Notes under the pieces: model-generated
What the model saw: only the letters and a program-made list of their open reading frames with translations
Told to the model about the DNA's origin: nothing
Database searches by the model: none
Translations under genes and position numbers: made by a program
In this document: one piece after another, positions 26,099 to 39,748 of the stretch
Numbering within the stretch: the first letter of the stretch is position 1
Layout of the letters: every line of letters begins with the position of its first letter
Source: Eledone cirrhosa
Lineage: Eukaryota
Assembly (NCBI GenBank): GCA_964016885.1
Contig: OZ024743.1
Span: 72,788,001-72,852,000 of the forward strand
Length of the DNA: 64,000 nucleotides
Direction: 5' to 3'

Positions 26099-28424
26099 AT
26101 ATTAATTATACACCTATCAATAAGTAAATAATTTCTCATTGAATCCATTGTGTATGGCTTATTATAACGTAGTTTATGATTGTTATCCATTCCCAATTCT
26201 TCGGTTAGCATACTCGCATATCTTTTAAATATGACCACATAATTTCTAACTACCTTATTACGCTAGCACAACAATATAGCATGCATTGCGATTATATAAT
26301 ATTTATTCTAACGCATTTCATCAACTGAATCTTCTTCCCTCGCCTGAGCCATTCTTTAATTCTTTCTATAATGAAGTTAGTTAACTTCTGCTTCTAAATA
26401 TCAAGACCACCTGCAAGCATTTTGTATTCCCAATTTAATGTTTCCTGGCAATTGTTTAATGAAGCTAAAATTATTTTCTTTAACATTTAGATTTCCATGT
26501 TTTGCCAGATCCTTTCGTCATTATTATCTTTACATTTCTATTTTGAATTATAATTTTACGTCATATATGAACATGTGCTACCTCTTGCTACCAAAACTTA
26601 TAACATTTGCAATCATAAGAAAGCTTAACAGCCTCCTTGAAATGATTAATACTTATCTTAGATAAACATTTATTACGATTACGAGCAACAGTTGGTCGAT
26701 ACACACTAATAATACACAGTCGTTTATCGTGAATTATTCCTGGTGAAATGGAATGGATTGGATCTTCGTCAGTTTCGAGAAGTCTTCCAGTTTTTCGACG
26801 AATTAAACGTGCAAGTGGTTAAACATTCTACAGACATATATAACACTTAACATATTTCTCGTGGGATGAGAATTCAGCATGATGCAATATGTGAGAATGG
26901 TGTCCCTTTGAATTACAGGTACTTAATTTCTTCTAAAGAGTTTCTGTTTATAAACTTTCAATCACAGGTCATGTGTTGACTCAAGTCTGTGGTACATTGT
27001 ACCTGCCCAAATCAGCACACATGTATAATAACTGTGGAGCGAACATCTTAACCATTCAGCCTTTCTGCAATATATAATGTATTTCTAGAATTGTTTTTCT
27101 TTTCAATGTTAGAATTTACTAATATAATAACATATAAATATAATAATAAAACTATCATCATTTCACACAAACACTAATGTAACTCGTAATTGTTTCTCTG
27201 TAAACAATGTTATATTTCCATTTCTATTCTTCAAATAAACCCAGACATCAATTTAAACAAAATCATATGGTTGGAGGGACGAAAAATAAATACAAAAAAT
27301 TCTATGCCATTGTGGTCCGCAATGTTTTGATACCAAAAATTGTTATGATTAGTTGAAAAAAACCTGTTTTAAATTAGCTATCATAACATTTGTATTGCTT
27401 TTTGGATAATCAATAAGGTAAATTTATCAAATCATTATTAATAGAATCATATATTTTAAATAGATTTTAGAAACAAATTATTTTTTATGTTTCCTTTGTT
27501 GTCATTATTTTCGCTGATAGTTTTGTTCTGGTTATTACTGTCGTTTTTAAAGGTTGCTTCGTATACAGTTAATTGAATTCCATTGGAAAACAAAAACAAT
27601 GTTGTAATTTTTGCATTCACTCCATGAATTACGTCTAACGATGTTTTGTTTTTGTCAACAGTTCACCACATAAGTATGTTACACAGCAATAGCTGACATA
27701 ACTGAATCGGGTCATTTGCGTATTGCAATGTTAAATAAAATAGTTATGATTAAGATAATACTTACTGTTTTTGTACTCAATGGGAATTGCCAATAGTGAA
27801 CTCAGCTTCACGGCTATTTTACCAGATTTAATTCAGGGTCTCGTAGTTCGAATAAAACGGATATTTATGTTGCCATGTATCCATTTTTTAATCATTTTTT
27901 AGTCATAGAGGTTTTTTAACAATGTCATATCAAATATCTGATATATTCTACTTAATACTGAGAAAACCGATTAAGGTGATTAGTTAAAACCTCAGAAAAT
28001 ATGAACTAGGAAAAATTTATAAAATATTCCGTGGGCAAAGTCAAGCGTATCTGTCTAGGATATAAGATTTATTACAAATAAATAAAGGACCATCTACCCA
28101 GAAAATAAACTGCGATAGGTATTACTAGGTTGCTATTACTTTTTGTGAAAAGAATAGTATTTAATTATCTCGTGGGAATACGGCTACAGAAAGGTGTTAC
28201 CAGATCTTATAGGCATTTTTATGTTTAGTAGTTTTAGATCAGTTATTAGAAATGTCCAAACAAAATGATATTATAACTGACAGGATTAATCCTGGGGTTT
28301 ACTGTAGTCAAATTGTTATGTGATGGAAGCTATTTATATTTTACATACAGATTGGGTGATTATTGTTAGATACATCTAGTATTATGTGGGTGTTTTTATT
28401 ATAAGGAAAAGATAGATAAATTTT

Positions 28425-28720
28425 GGAAACATTTCCCTACTCTCTGAGATGCTGAAGCATGGAAGAAACTACCTGCATCATTTGTTAGCTGTCAGGACAC
28501 TACATCCTTCAAAACTCTCGTGCTTCCCGAAATTCTCCAACACCACACCTGATATTCCCCGTCCTTACACACGCACAAATGTGTGTGTGCCTGTGTATAT
28601 CATGACTCATACACTGTTTGCTTTCCTGATATTTGTACATTATTCTATGTAATGTACATGCATTTTTAGTGAGTTGTAGTGCACCTGAGCACAGTACACA
28701 ATCATTTTCATTATTATTAA
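28425..28720 (+). mobile_element. 3' end of a CR1-like LINE
   Basis: Translation ..EAWKKLPASFVSCQDTTSFK resembles the WN-LP-VV----F-K terminus; ends in cattattatta. Confidence 0.5.
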
Positions 28721-29905
28721 ATTCATGATATATAGCTAATTTGAAGAAATGTTATTAATATGCTTTCAAAAATTCTACTGAAAAATATAGGCGTTGGTCA
28801 TCCAAAGTAAAACTATATTGTAACTTACTAATCCGTGCACGTTAAAAAACATACATTGCTCTGAGTGTAATATACGAACTCATAGCAAACTTGATGTATA
28901 GAACACGTGAAAGAAGAGATACGTTACACATTATTACTGTAGCGAAACTTGAGCAGACTTTGGGGATTTAAGGCAACTGTATCAACAAATACGTAATGTT
29001 TAGATTCAATATTACAACTGATGTTTTATTCAAATCTTCAGAATTTCCCGGGGCAAGCATAAAAATGAATTGGTAAAGATGACGGCGTGGGAGGTTTTTG
29101 TATATTATTATTATTATTACTTTTTTTTTTGAGAAGTTTAGTTTCTTCTTTGATTCTAATGATTTGATACATTAAAAACAAAATGTAAATAAAATAAAAT
29201 AAAATAAAAAGAAAGGATACATTTGTGAAAAGAATTAGTATTTTCCCCATACGTTGCAATGAACATATTATTTTAAGATTATCCTTAAATAAACAGAGCG
29301 GTAACAAAGAAGATACTTCATGCTAATAATGAATCATATAGCGACCTTAAACACATTCAGTCTTATATAATAACATTTACGAAATCAATACAATATGTAA
29401 TATTGAAGTATTTTAAAACTTCATTTAATTCTGCAAACTCCAAGAATTTCCATAGATGAATATTACAATGAATTAATGTTTTAAATGTAATTATTGATAA
29501 TACTTTGAAGGGGTGTTATTAAAATATGCTTTAAGCTTGTTATAATTCTCAGATAAATATTGCAGCAATTATATATCACATTGTTAGATTTTTCTGTTGG
29601 CTAAGTTGTATATATTGTATTATTCTTGAAATCGTCTACATACTAGAAAATATCGTCGTGGGAGTATTTTAGTATTTATTAAGTAAACAAATATCATTGT
29701 GATTAAATAACAATAAGTTGTAGAAGTCGAGGAAAAATTGTCAGGTTGGTACAAGAATGATAAAGATGATATGATTCTGAATTTAATAGCAGGAATATAT
29801 TTTATTCTTTTAGAAACAAACCTGTCATTCTATAAAACCAACACTATATTTATTTTAAAAGGAATAAACAATACGTAGTTCAAAATAAAGACGTACATTT
29901 GTCAA

Positions 29906-29956
<51 letters not shown>

Positions 29957-29993
29957 AGAAAAAAAGAGAATCAGTGTTGCGACGAATGGAATA

Positions 29994-30089
29994 TATCTAT
30001 TACAATCGTTTCTCTGGTGACCAGCTCGAGGCACTATCGTTGTGATGATCGAATCTGACTCTGAAAATCGCAACGTCCTCAGATACGTC
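29994..30089 (-). ncRNA. Type I hammerhead with about 63-nt stem II insert, in TA-flanked element 29953-30115
   Basis: Minus strand: gacgtat-CTGAGGA-[insert]-GAAAC-GATT-GTA-atagat. Confidence 0.6.
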
Positions 30090-30134
30090 TTAATTCTACG
30101 AAGCAGATTTTCCTAATATATATATATATATATT

Positions 30135-30760
30135 AGTTTTGCGAGGTTTTTTATATGAAATCGTGTGTCGAAACAAATATTGTTATACTTGGGGAGGGTC
30201 ATATTTGTGTAATATTGCCAGAATTAATAACAGAACACACTCACTGTTTCGTTGGTTTTCGCTTCTCGCTTCTGTGTCTTTTATATCGGTAATCTAACTT
30301 ACTCGGTCCTCAATGTTGCTATTGACTGACCAACGGTCAAAAATAATACAGATACAATATAGACACAAACACATATATATAGTTTATCATAAATCTTTCG
30401 TTGCACATCTGCAACATCGTCAGTGGTGCTATCTTTTCCTCCTGTTGTATTGTATGTCTACGCCATTTTTATTCAGTCTGTATATATATTTATTTATTTA
30501 TTTGCTTGTTTGTTTATTTTATTTTGTCTTCTTTGCGCATGCGTTTGCGTGTGTGTATAGTGTTTTGTTTGCTGTGTGATGGGTGACTAGTGTGTGTTTA
30601 TGTGTTTGTTGTTATTGTGCTTGTGTATGTATTTATTTATTTATTTATTTATTTATTTTATTTTATTTACTTATTTATACTTCTCTTAGGTCAGTGTTGT
30701 TTGTTATTAATTCTGGTAATATTACACAAATATGACCCTCCCCAAGTATAACAATATATA
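30135..30760. mobile_element. TA-flanked element with ~70-bp inverted repeats (arm also at 53225-53298)
   Basis: atattgttatacttggggagggtcatatttg.. versus ..caaatatgaccctccccaagtataacaatat. Confidence 0.8.
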
Positions 30761-30898
30761 TATATATATATATACATATATATATAGGTGGTTCATTGAA
30801 TTATTGGTGTTCGTACCAAAGCAAGCACTCTATGGCACGGACAGTGTTACACAATAAATATATTTTAAATGTAAACGAAATTTCTTCCTTTTTCTCTA

Positions 30899-30947
<49 letters not shown>

Positions 30948-31248
30948 TAGATACAGAACTGACTGATCATCCAGTCTGCTAATGTGCAAATCAGGCTGTG
31001 CAGTCACTGTATATTTAAGAAAATCATACATTTTCGCTAGCTCTGTCAGTTGGCAGGTAAGCAGTAAACTGCAACGATGAAGGGTAATACCCAGAAACAT
31101 TAGTGTCTGCAGTTCTGTTTACAATGCAACACAAGAGAGATAATGAGGGGATCATTCTACTTACATGGCTTATAAAAGAGGCTGTTTGTATAATTGCAAA
31201 GGAATCGAATATTATTATTAATATTCGAAAAACTCAGATTACATTTAT

Positions 31249-31281
<33 letters not shown>

Positions 31282-31493
31282 ATTCATGAGTGATTATATC
31301 ACAACTAACACAGTATACTCATGAGAGCACAGAGTACGTATGTCATAATTGATTTTTTCTTCAAAAGCAAACAGATTTTCAATAATGAGGTTATACACCT
31401 TCCTATACCATTTTGTTTTTAAGTTGTTATCTTCATTTGTACATAATGCTTGCGTATCTCGCTAGTATGTGTACGTGATACCAGAAACATACA

Positions 31494-31546
<53 letters not shown>

Positions 31547-31551
<5 letters not shown>

Positions 31552-33847
31552 CTATATTTTTCAGATGAGGAATTATTTACATTAATTATATACATTGGAC
31601 GGATAGGTGTCAGAGTAATTTCCCCCGCTCTAGACAGGTCATAGCACCATCGCCGAGATTACGAGAAAATGCGCCTAAAGCAAGCATTTCTCAAACTCAG
31701 CACGGCTGACCGTCCTAACAACAATACAACTCTAAGCACCAACAAAGGCGAACAAGACGGTACCAACATCGAACCTAGCAGCGCACCGACCAACAACACA
31801 CTTGACGCAAAACACCTCGTCACAGGCTTGACAGCATTCATCTCCCGAAATGAACTAGACTTCCTCAGCCTGGGTCCCAAGTTCATATTGAAACAGAGAC
31901 AGGTCGACAAATTATGGCTCGACATCGAAACGAATTTCTGTCGGGCCGCCTACCAACTGAAATGGATATCGACCCTCGGCAACAATACCACGGAATCTAA
32001 CACAACCAGATTCCCGATATACCATGGACCGCCCACTCTGTCCACCGCCTGCCAACCGCGAGCTGGAAGAAAAACATCTTACGGAAACAGAAAAAGATAG
32101 CCCCAAACCTATTCAGGACGCAAGAACTCGCACTGAAGAACCTGCGGAATAGGGAACTCATATACTTACCATCCGACAAATGTAAAGAGTTTTGTGTCAT
32201 CTCTCAAGCCACATACAACAACCTAGCCTTTGAACACTTAAGCGACAACGAACTGTATACAGAGGTCACGGACGTAACTGCAGCCCAGATCGAAAAACAG
32301 GCCAACTCCATCTGGTTCGACATCTGTAGTAGAAGACAACTCCCAAATAAATCTAAATTCAAATACAATACTAGAAACAGCAGACTGCCCCCTTTCTATC
32401 ACCTTATCAAGACCCACAATAATAGTAATAAGACACAAATAAGACCCATCGTCTCTAGCATAAAAGGACCCCTATACAAAATCTCCTGGCTCCTCTCCCA
32501 GGTCCTCAAGCCTCTACTCTCCACCTTTCCCGGGCATGTCAGTAGCTCCGACGAGGTCATACGTAGACTACACCAACTCCAGCCAGAACAACTTAAATTA
32601 AATAGATACGCCTTTAGCCTCGACGTTGTCTCCCTGTACAATACAGTCCCCGCTCATCCAGCTGTCGATTTATTGACGGACTGCGTGGTCACCGAAGGCG
32701 TCCACTGCTACGGCCTCCATCCGACGGACATACACCAGCTTTTGTCCTTCACAGTGGACAACACGTATTTCACCTTCCCCCACCACACATACAGACAGAC
32801 AACAGGATTAGCCATGGGATACAGCCTATCGGGCCTGCTGGCCATCACTTATATGAACCAGCTAGAATGCCGACCCCCTCAACACCTACCATTCCTATGC
32901 CTTCTTCACCCGATATGTAGATGACATACTCATCCTTACATCATCCTGTGAAGAATCGGATACGATATACACGATATTCTCCACTATGAACGCCAGTATA
33001 AAGTTCAGCATGGAACACCCTGATGACCGCGGATCCCTATCCCTATTGGGCTTCCAACTCAGTGTAACATAGGAAGCCGACATCCACACCTGCTTCTATA
33101 AAAAAGCCGCCAGCAGGGACCTGTTCATACATTTCAGATCGGCCCTCCCAGCCGGCGCTATCCGGAACAAATGTACCGACGCAAGAGACTGAGACACACA
33201 CCACACACTTCCTTGTAGTACTTAAACTGAACGGATACCCGACGTCCACCGCGAACCGTGCCAGAAACAACAGAGGACACCTACACCCGAGGCACTAACA
33301 CCTGCTTCCTGAAACTCCACACTTCAGTGACGAAACAACAACAGTCATCCGCAGAGCTATCAAACGAGAGGGACTAGATATCCAACTAGCCCACTCAGGA
33401 CCTTCTCTACGCGGACTGAAATGACAGCCACCAGAAATGATAGCCGCTGCAGGCTAGTCAACTGCCCCATCAATGAAACAAACCTATACCACCAAGCTTA
33501 CGTCGTATACAGATTAGAGTGCGACAAATTCAGCAATTTCTACATAGGTAGCACCACCAGACCACTTCACATAAGAATAAAAGAACACCTCAATACTAAC
33601 GCTTCCTCATTTAAGAAACACCTAGTGAAATGCAAAAACACCGACAAAAACATAATAGTTAGTTAGGATAGAAGCTAAGCAAAAAACCTCGGCAATCTTA
33701 GAATTAAGGAAGCACTGATTATAGACAAAACGCAACCACCAATCAATAACAGACTAGAACTCAACACCCAGTTTTTAACATGATAGAGCACCTAGCCCCA
33801 CACTTAGACCTCCATGTACTCTCTCTCTCACACACACATGCACACGC

Positions 33848-33911
<64 letters not shown>

Positions 33912-34295
33912 ACACCTCACTTAATCTCTCTCACACACACACACATACACACACAGACCAGTTTTAACATGATAGAGCATCTAGCCCCCACATTTACATA
34001 TAAACATATCCTCTCACACTCACTCACACACACGCATGCTTACACCTTCACGTATTCTCCCACACACACTTAAACATACATGTCCAAACCTCTTTTTAAA
34101 GGGAGACAACTCTTTATCCACCTAACCTTCACTCTTTGACACTAGAAATAGAATGGCAAGCTTATTAGGACACTAAATGAACCCCTTTACTTCCCTCCGA
34201 AGAAGATATATTATCTCGAAAATTAAGGATATTCAAATAGATTTAAGGTAAAAAACTAATTGTCAGCAATATCTTTTGCATTGATATTTATAGTC
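31547..34295 (+). mobile_element. Penelope-like retroelement (Poseidon-like), 5'-truncated and frameshifted
   Basis: FLSLGPKF, YLPSDKCKEFCVI, LIKTH, RPIVSS, SLDVVSLY, YRQTTGLAMG, RYVDDIL and GIY-YIG VVYRLECDKFSNFYIGSTTRPLHIRIKEH; (TA)n at the 5' junction. Confidence 0.92.
31669..33781 (+). pseudogene. Disrupted PLE reverse transcriptase / GIY-YIG endonuclease ORF
   Basis: Motifs are spread across several frames with stops (ORF pieces 31669-32100, 32673-32924, 33421-33666). Confidence 0.9.
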
Positions 34296-35467
34296 TATAT
34301 ATATACCTGCATTGTTTTGGCCTTCTAACTCCAAACGATTATACCTCATTGCGCAATGCTTAATGTAAACTACAATTTCCTCCATATATATATATATATT
34401 CATAAAATTGCAAGAATATCAAACGTGTAAATAGCTGTAAGACAGCCAGTTGCTATGATGAATAGCAAGGGATCGGGTTATAATGATACCTTTGATCGTT
34501 CTTCAATTCGTTAGAGATTATATTTTAACCCGACTCCTAGGTACTTGCCTATTGCCAGCCATACCATGCATCGCAAAAAATCACATATGAAGCGATTTCT
34601 GTGATTGAGCTTTTTTAAGTGATGAAAAGCTTTGCTCGGGCCCAATTCCCCTCTCTGAACATCAAATGCATTTACCCAAAAAGAAGAACTGGTCTACATC
34701 ATTAGATGCAAATGGTGTCGCAGGTTTTATATCCGAGTGACCTTCTCCGAGAGAGATGTCTTAATAAAGATTAGGGATCTCTCGCTCCACAAATCAAAGC
34801 TTTATTGGATGACCGTTGAATATCCAGAGTTTTTCCACTCTTTGATAGGCCTTCTTTTTCATTCCGCAGGGTATACAGAAACGCCTGTCTCACAAAGAAA
34901 GCTTCGTGGATTTGCCGGTTTAGTCGCCGATGACCCGACCATTCAGACAATATGATAAATAATTTAACTTTTTTCTCATAATTTTTACATATATATATTA
35001 TTTAGAAAACGTAAGGGAAACGCAAACATAAGGACAATTACCACTCTCGGTTCTCTGCTGTGGGTCGCTGATGATTTGACGCATTAAAGACAGTAAATCT
35101 CACCACAATGCGTTGATAACTAGAAGGATAGTTATGAGGGGGAAAAACAAAGATAGTGAAGAGAACGACAGAAAAATAAAATAAACAAAAGAAAAACATA
35201 CCGATAGAAGAGGGCGGAACACGAGACACTAGTACATGTAAGTTGCAGTAACCAGTGTAAGAGAGGGAGAAGTTAAAAAGGAGACCGAACGTAAGTCCTG
35301 AATCCGTATTAACAACACGATGGAGATCGAAGTGACAAACGTCTGGTCATAGGGAGAACAGACGCAAAGAGGGAAAAGTGAAGTGAGAGGGGTAGAGGTG
35401 TGTTAAGGGAGCAGAGAGAGAGGAGGAGAAAGGAGATAGGTGGTAAGAGAGAAAGAGAATAAGTGAG

Positions 35468-35524
<57 letters not shown>

Positions 35525-36130
35525 AAGGAAAAGAGCTAATCCTAAATGGCAGAACTTCAGAAGTTGAAAACCAGAATTAACAAGAACAAGCGATGTAGGA
35601 AGGATAGAAAGGAGGTCACAGCAATAAATTAATAAGAATTAAAAGTGACAAAGTGAAAAAGAGTCGGGCCACATAATTTTGATTGCACCTTTTGGTGATC
35701 GATGTCAAATCAATTGCAATATGCCATTAAACTTTGTACATATTCTACAACATTGACTTCGAATTTACTTACTCTATATACACTTTGAACACTACATCGG
35801 TCTTAACACTGGAATATAACCCAGACGAGACGGGCCTCGTAACTCCATTGAGTGCTACGAACGACGCGCTGATTATAACTGTTGTTGCATACCTAAATAA
35901 TATAGATGAGTCAAACTCTCGCAGACGACATGCTCCCACTCCAAATTACGTAATGTGCACGGACATTACCTATTATTCTGCATACGGTTGTTCCCCTTGG
36001 AAAGCTGCCAGAAGATAGCAACCGTAGAAACTGCTGCATCCGTCTGGGTATTCCAATTATCTTACCCACACGAAGTCGTCTTCCTCACTGATTACCGTAT
36101 GTGTGCTCTGTAACCAGTTGGGTTTGAACT

Positions 36131-36330
36131 TTAATAATTGTTTCTACTTTGGGCACAAGGCCAGCAAATATCCCATACTTTATCCCATACTAAATATCTG
36201 ATACTTTATTTTATCCACCCAGTAAGGGTGAAAGGCAAAGTTAACCTCGACGGGATTTGAACTCAGACCATAAAGGTCCGTAACTATTTGCTGCAAAGCA
36301 TGGCGTGCGACCCTCTACCGATATTGCCAA
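36131..36330 (-). mobile_element. SINE (Meta-domain-like)
   Basis: gaaaggcaaagttaacctcgacgggatttgaactcag; flanking repeat gaactt(t)aata. Confidence 0.8.
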
Positions 36331-36510
36331 GAACTTAATATAATTATTGAGTGAGTGAGGAAATCACCGGAGCAGTCCTTTCTATTCGATAAGCTTCGTC
36401 TCTTAATTATACACATATATACTCTAATATAAGTTGGGTAGAAATATCCAAGGTCAGCGCCCTCAGTCCATAGCATGAGTTAAGTATAATTAGTTACAGC
36501 AGTGACACAT

Positions 36511-36560
36511 ACGGATACTTAAGTTTCGTTGGGTTATACACTCCAACTCAGTCAGCCTGT
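36511..36560 (-). ncRNA. Minimal type I hammerhead with CUGACUGA core variant
   Basis: Minus strand: acagg-CTGACTGA-gttgg agtgtataac ccaac-GAAAC-TTAA-GTA-tccgt. Confidence 0.7.
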
Positions 36561-36597
36561 TATATAAAGATTGTTAATACCATGTAACTAATTATAT

Positions 36598-36663
<66 letters not shown>

Positions 36664-37309
36664 GGGTTTATGTATGTATGTGTGTATGTGTGAGTGCGTG
36701 TGTGTGTGTATGTATAAAGAATGAAGGGTGCAATGACGAATTAAAGAATGGACACGTAGTTAATTTGAAATTTAATTAGTAGTGAGTTTTATACAATGGA
36801 ATTGTAAGCTGCCTTATGCTGTCACAATTGCAATTGTGTGTATGTTGGTTTACTCTGAGATTAGTTATGCGATCTTGTATGAGTATAAAATGGCGGTACT
36901 GGTGTGTGTGTGAGAGAGTACGTGTAAGTGTGTGTGTGTGTCTGTGAATTTGTGAATATGTTTGTGTGAGAGTGTGTGTTAACATGTTACGAAATAGTTG
37001 TTTGATCGTGAATTGTATGTATTGAATTAGTAACTTGGTCTACAGATAATGAATTTGTGATTGAGCTGTGTTATATTTGAGTGGAATGATCAGCGAATGC
37101 TGAAAGAATTTAGGGTGTGTTTTGTTTTGTTGAATAATAATTATAGAACGTACAAAGCCGATTCTGAAATGCAAGAGATTTATGTAGCTCTTTATGTTCC
37201 ATTGAAGTCAACCATGTAAAATCACTTAACTTTAAACCTACAAATATTTCTACAAAGATGGTATAGTCACTGCCTCCGTTTTTCTCGCCCTCCCCATCTC
37301 TCATTATTA

Positions 37310-38870
37310 TAAGCACACGGGATCCAACCCTCTGACAGCTCCGGGGCCCTAGAAGACAGAATAGAGAAGGTGTTTCCCCGGAGGTTGGTGAGGAAGACGC
37401 GCTGGAAGAGCCATTACAGCTCGCTGGACTCGCATCTACGGATAGCCAAATCCATGCTCATTCTGTTGAGTAAGAAGGTGGTTCTAGAACCAAGGGCACC
37501 AGAAGTCTCCACTGCTGCGAGCTAAACCACAAATATTTCGGAGAGTGACCAGTATTTGGCAAGTTTACCCTCCTCAGCCTGAAGTGCGATAGAGCCTTTT
37601 TAGTCGCCGACTGTACCAGGTTGCTACTAGAGAAAGTGTCACTGCATGTGGGATCCCAGATGAGAGAGTTACCACCGAGGAACGGAAAGATGTACGAGCT
37701 GTCATGAAAACGGAACTTAACTCGAGTAATATATTATCTGCCATAAATGCGATTGCAATCCCTGTTGTCATCTACAGTTTCAATATTACAAATTAAGAGA
37801 ATGGACACCAAAGTCAGGAAACATTTGTCCTGTGATAGAATATACCACGCAAAAGCATATGTGGATCACCTCTTTCACCCAAGACAAAACAGATGTAGAA
37901 AAATGATCCAACTTTCATATGACCATTGACTGAATCAGTACCTTAAATCCACAGATGGCTGGATGATGAAAATGATCATATTTCAGGTAAGGAGGAAGAG
38001 GTTACATTCAGTTAAATAGGAAAATAGGAAATGTTAGGAGGAACTAGGAATACAATTTGAAAATTATGTTAATTTTGCAATCAAAGCCGCAAAGAATATC
38101 AGACTGTTGGAAAAACACGGTGCACTAAATGGAAGCAAAAATTAATGTATGGGTAGTATAATCTCCCTAGCAATGAAACTGGTGTGACTGCAGAGTTTTG
38201 GTCTAAGGGCAAACAGTGGGGGATTTATTTTGGCTGCACAAGACCAGTGCCTCCCAACGCGCAACTTTCAAACCAATGTGATTAGAAATGAAATTGACCA
38301 AAAATCTCGATGATGACGATGTTGATACTATTGCCCACATCATTTCAGCCTGCAGGTTATTAGCTGATCAGGAATATAAAACGTGGCATGCTATAGTGGG
38401 GCAATACTTATACTGGGTAATATGCAGGCTCTATGGTGAGAAAACGAAAGGAATGTGGTAAACCCACCACACAGATGCAGTAACAGGAAGCGAGAACGTA
38501 ATGATTCTGTAGGATTTCCCTGTGAATACTGACAGAACAGTCAAGGCCAATAGACCTCATATAATTGTGAAGGACCATAAAGAGAAAACATGTTTCTTAA
38601 TTGACATGTTTATTCCAACAGATCGTAATATCCCCTCGAAAGTTTTCGGAAAGCTCAGTAAGTATAAAGGTTTCTCAATTAAAATTGAGAATATGTGTCA
38701 TCTTAAGGTATGTACAATACCAGTGACAGTGGTGAACTTGGAATGATAGAAATGGGTACTGAAAAATATTTGGAGCGGAATACTGCAAGAGATTCAGAAA
38801 ATATTGCTGACTGGCACATTCTGTGTCCTGGGAAGGGCATTATCAATTTAAAAACCTTGCAAAGACAATA
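37310..38870 (+). mobile_element. Old degenerate R4/Dong-like LINE 3' part
   Basis: Remnants SAINAIAIPVVIYSF, LAAQDQCLPTRN, DFPVNTDRTVKANRPHIIVKDHKEKTCFLID..KLSKY. Confidence 0.75.
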
Positions 38871-39009
38871 CTGTTGTCAGTGCCCTTCTAACATCATTTG
38901 TGTGACAATTGATTCTAAATTGTGTGTATATAGAATTTTGCATAAAGTGTCAAGTTGACGCTTGGCACAATTTAGGAAAGAAGCAGAATTCAAAGGAGGT
39001 TTCAAATAA

Positions 39010-39203
39010 TGATAATTGTTTCTATTTTTGGCACAAGGCCAGTAATTATCCCAGTACATTACTGGTACTTTATGTTATCGACCCCGTAAGGATAAAAGGC
39101 AAAGTTAACCTTGGCGGGATTTGAACTCAGAACGTAAAGGGACGTAACTCTTCTGTAAAGCATGGCGTCCGACTCTCTACTGATACTGCCAATCCACCGC
39201 CCT
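39010..39203 (-). mobile_element. Full-length SINE (Meta-domain-like)
   Basis: Same consensus as 21139; flanking repeat tttcaa(a)taat. Confidence 0.85.
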
Positions 39204-39217
39204 TTTCAATAATAATA

Positions 39218-39438
39218 ATAATGGTTTCTTATATAGGAACAAGGCCAGAAATTTTGGGGGAGGGGAAAGTCGATTAAATCGACCTCAGTGCGTGACTGGT
39301 ACTTTATTTTATCGACCCTGTAATGATGAAAGGCAAAGCTAACCTCGGCTACATTTGAAATCTGAATGTAAAAGACTATAGATAAATACTGTGAAGCATT
39401 TTCTCAGATACTCTAACGATTCTGCCAATCTATCACCC

Positions 39439-39440
<2 letters not shown>
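39218..39440 (-). mobile_element. Diverged SINE, related subfamily
   Basis: ctggtactttattttatcgacc...gaaaggcaaagctaacctcggc core with a longer tail. Confidence 0.75.

Positions 39441-39500
<60 letters not shown>
39441..39500. repeat. (AAT)n microsatellite (also 45151-45217 and 46272-46303)
   Basis: Seen directly. Confidence 0.95.
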
Positions 39501-39501
<1 letters not shown>

Positions 39502-39748
39502 CTTTCTTTATTAACCACTAGGGTTTACATAAATTAGACATTAAGGACAGTACAGGACAATACAGGGCGGTACAAATGGGCATTTCTGCGTGTAAAAAAC
39601 AAGAAACAGAGGATGTAATAATAGAACAATGAACAAATTCCCCAATGGGGGGAGGCTTCCGAGGGACATTCGTGGAGAAGCCCATTAAAAAGCCAAAGTA
39701 ACCCTGACCACCAGGGCAAGTGCCCTCTCCCAGTTTTCCACCCTTAAT

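Noticed and set aside
33019-33030. CTGATGA inside the Penelope RT coding region
   Set aside because: No downstream GAAA/UH or stems; chance match
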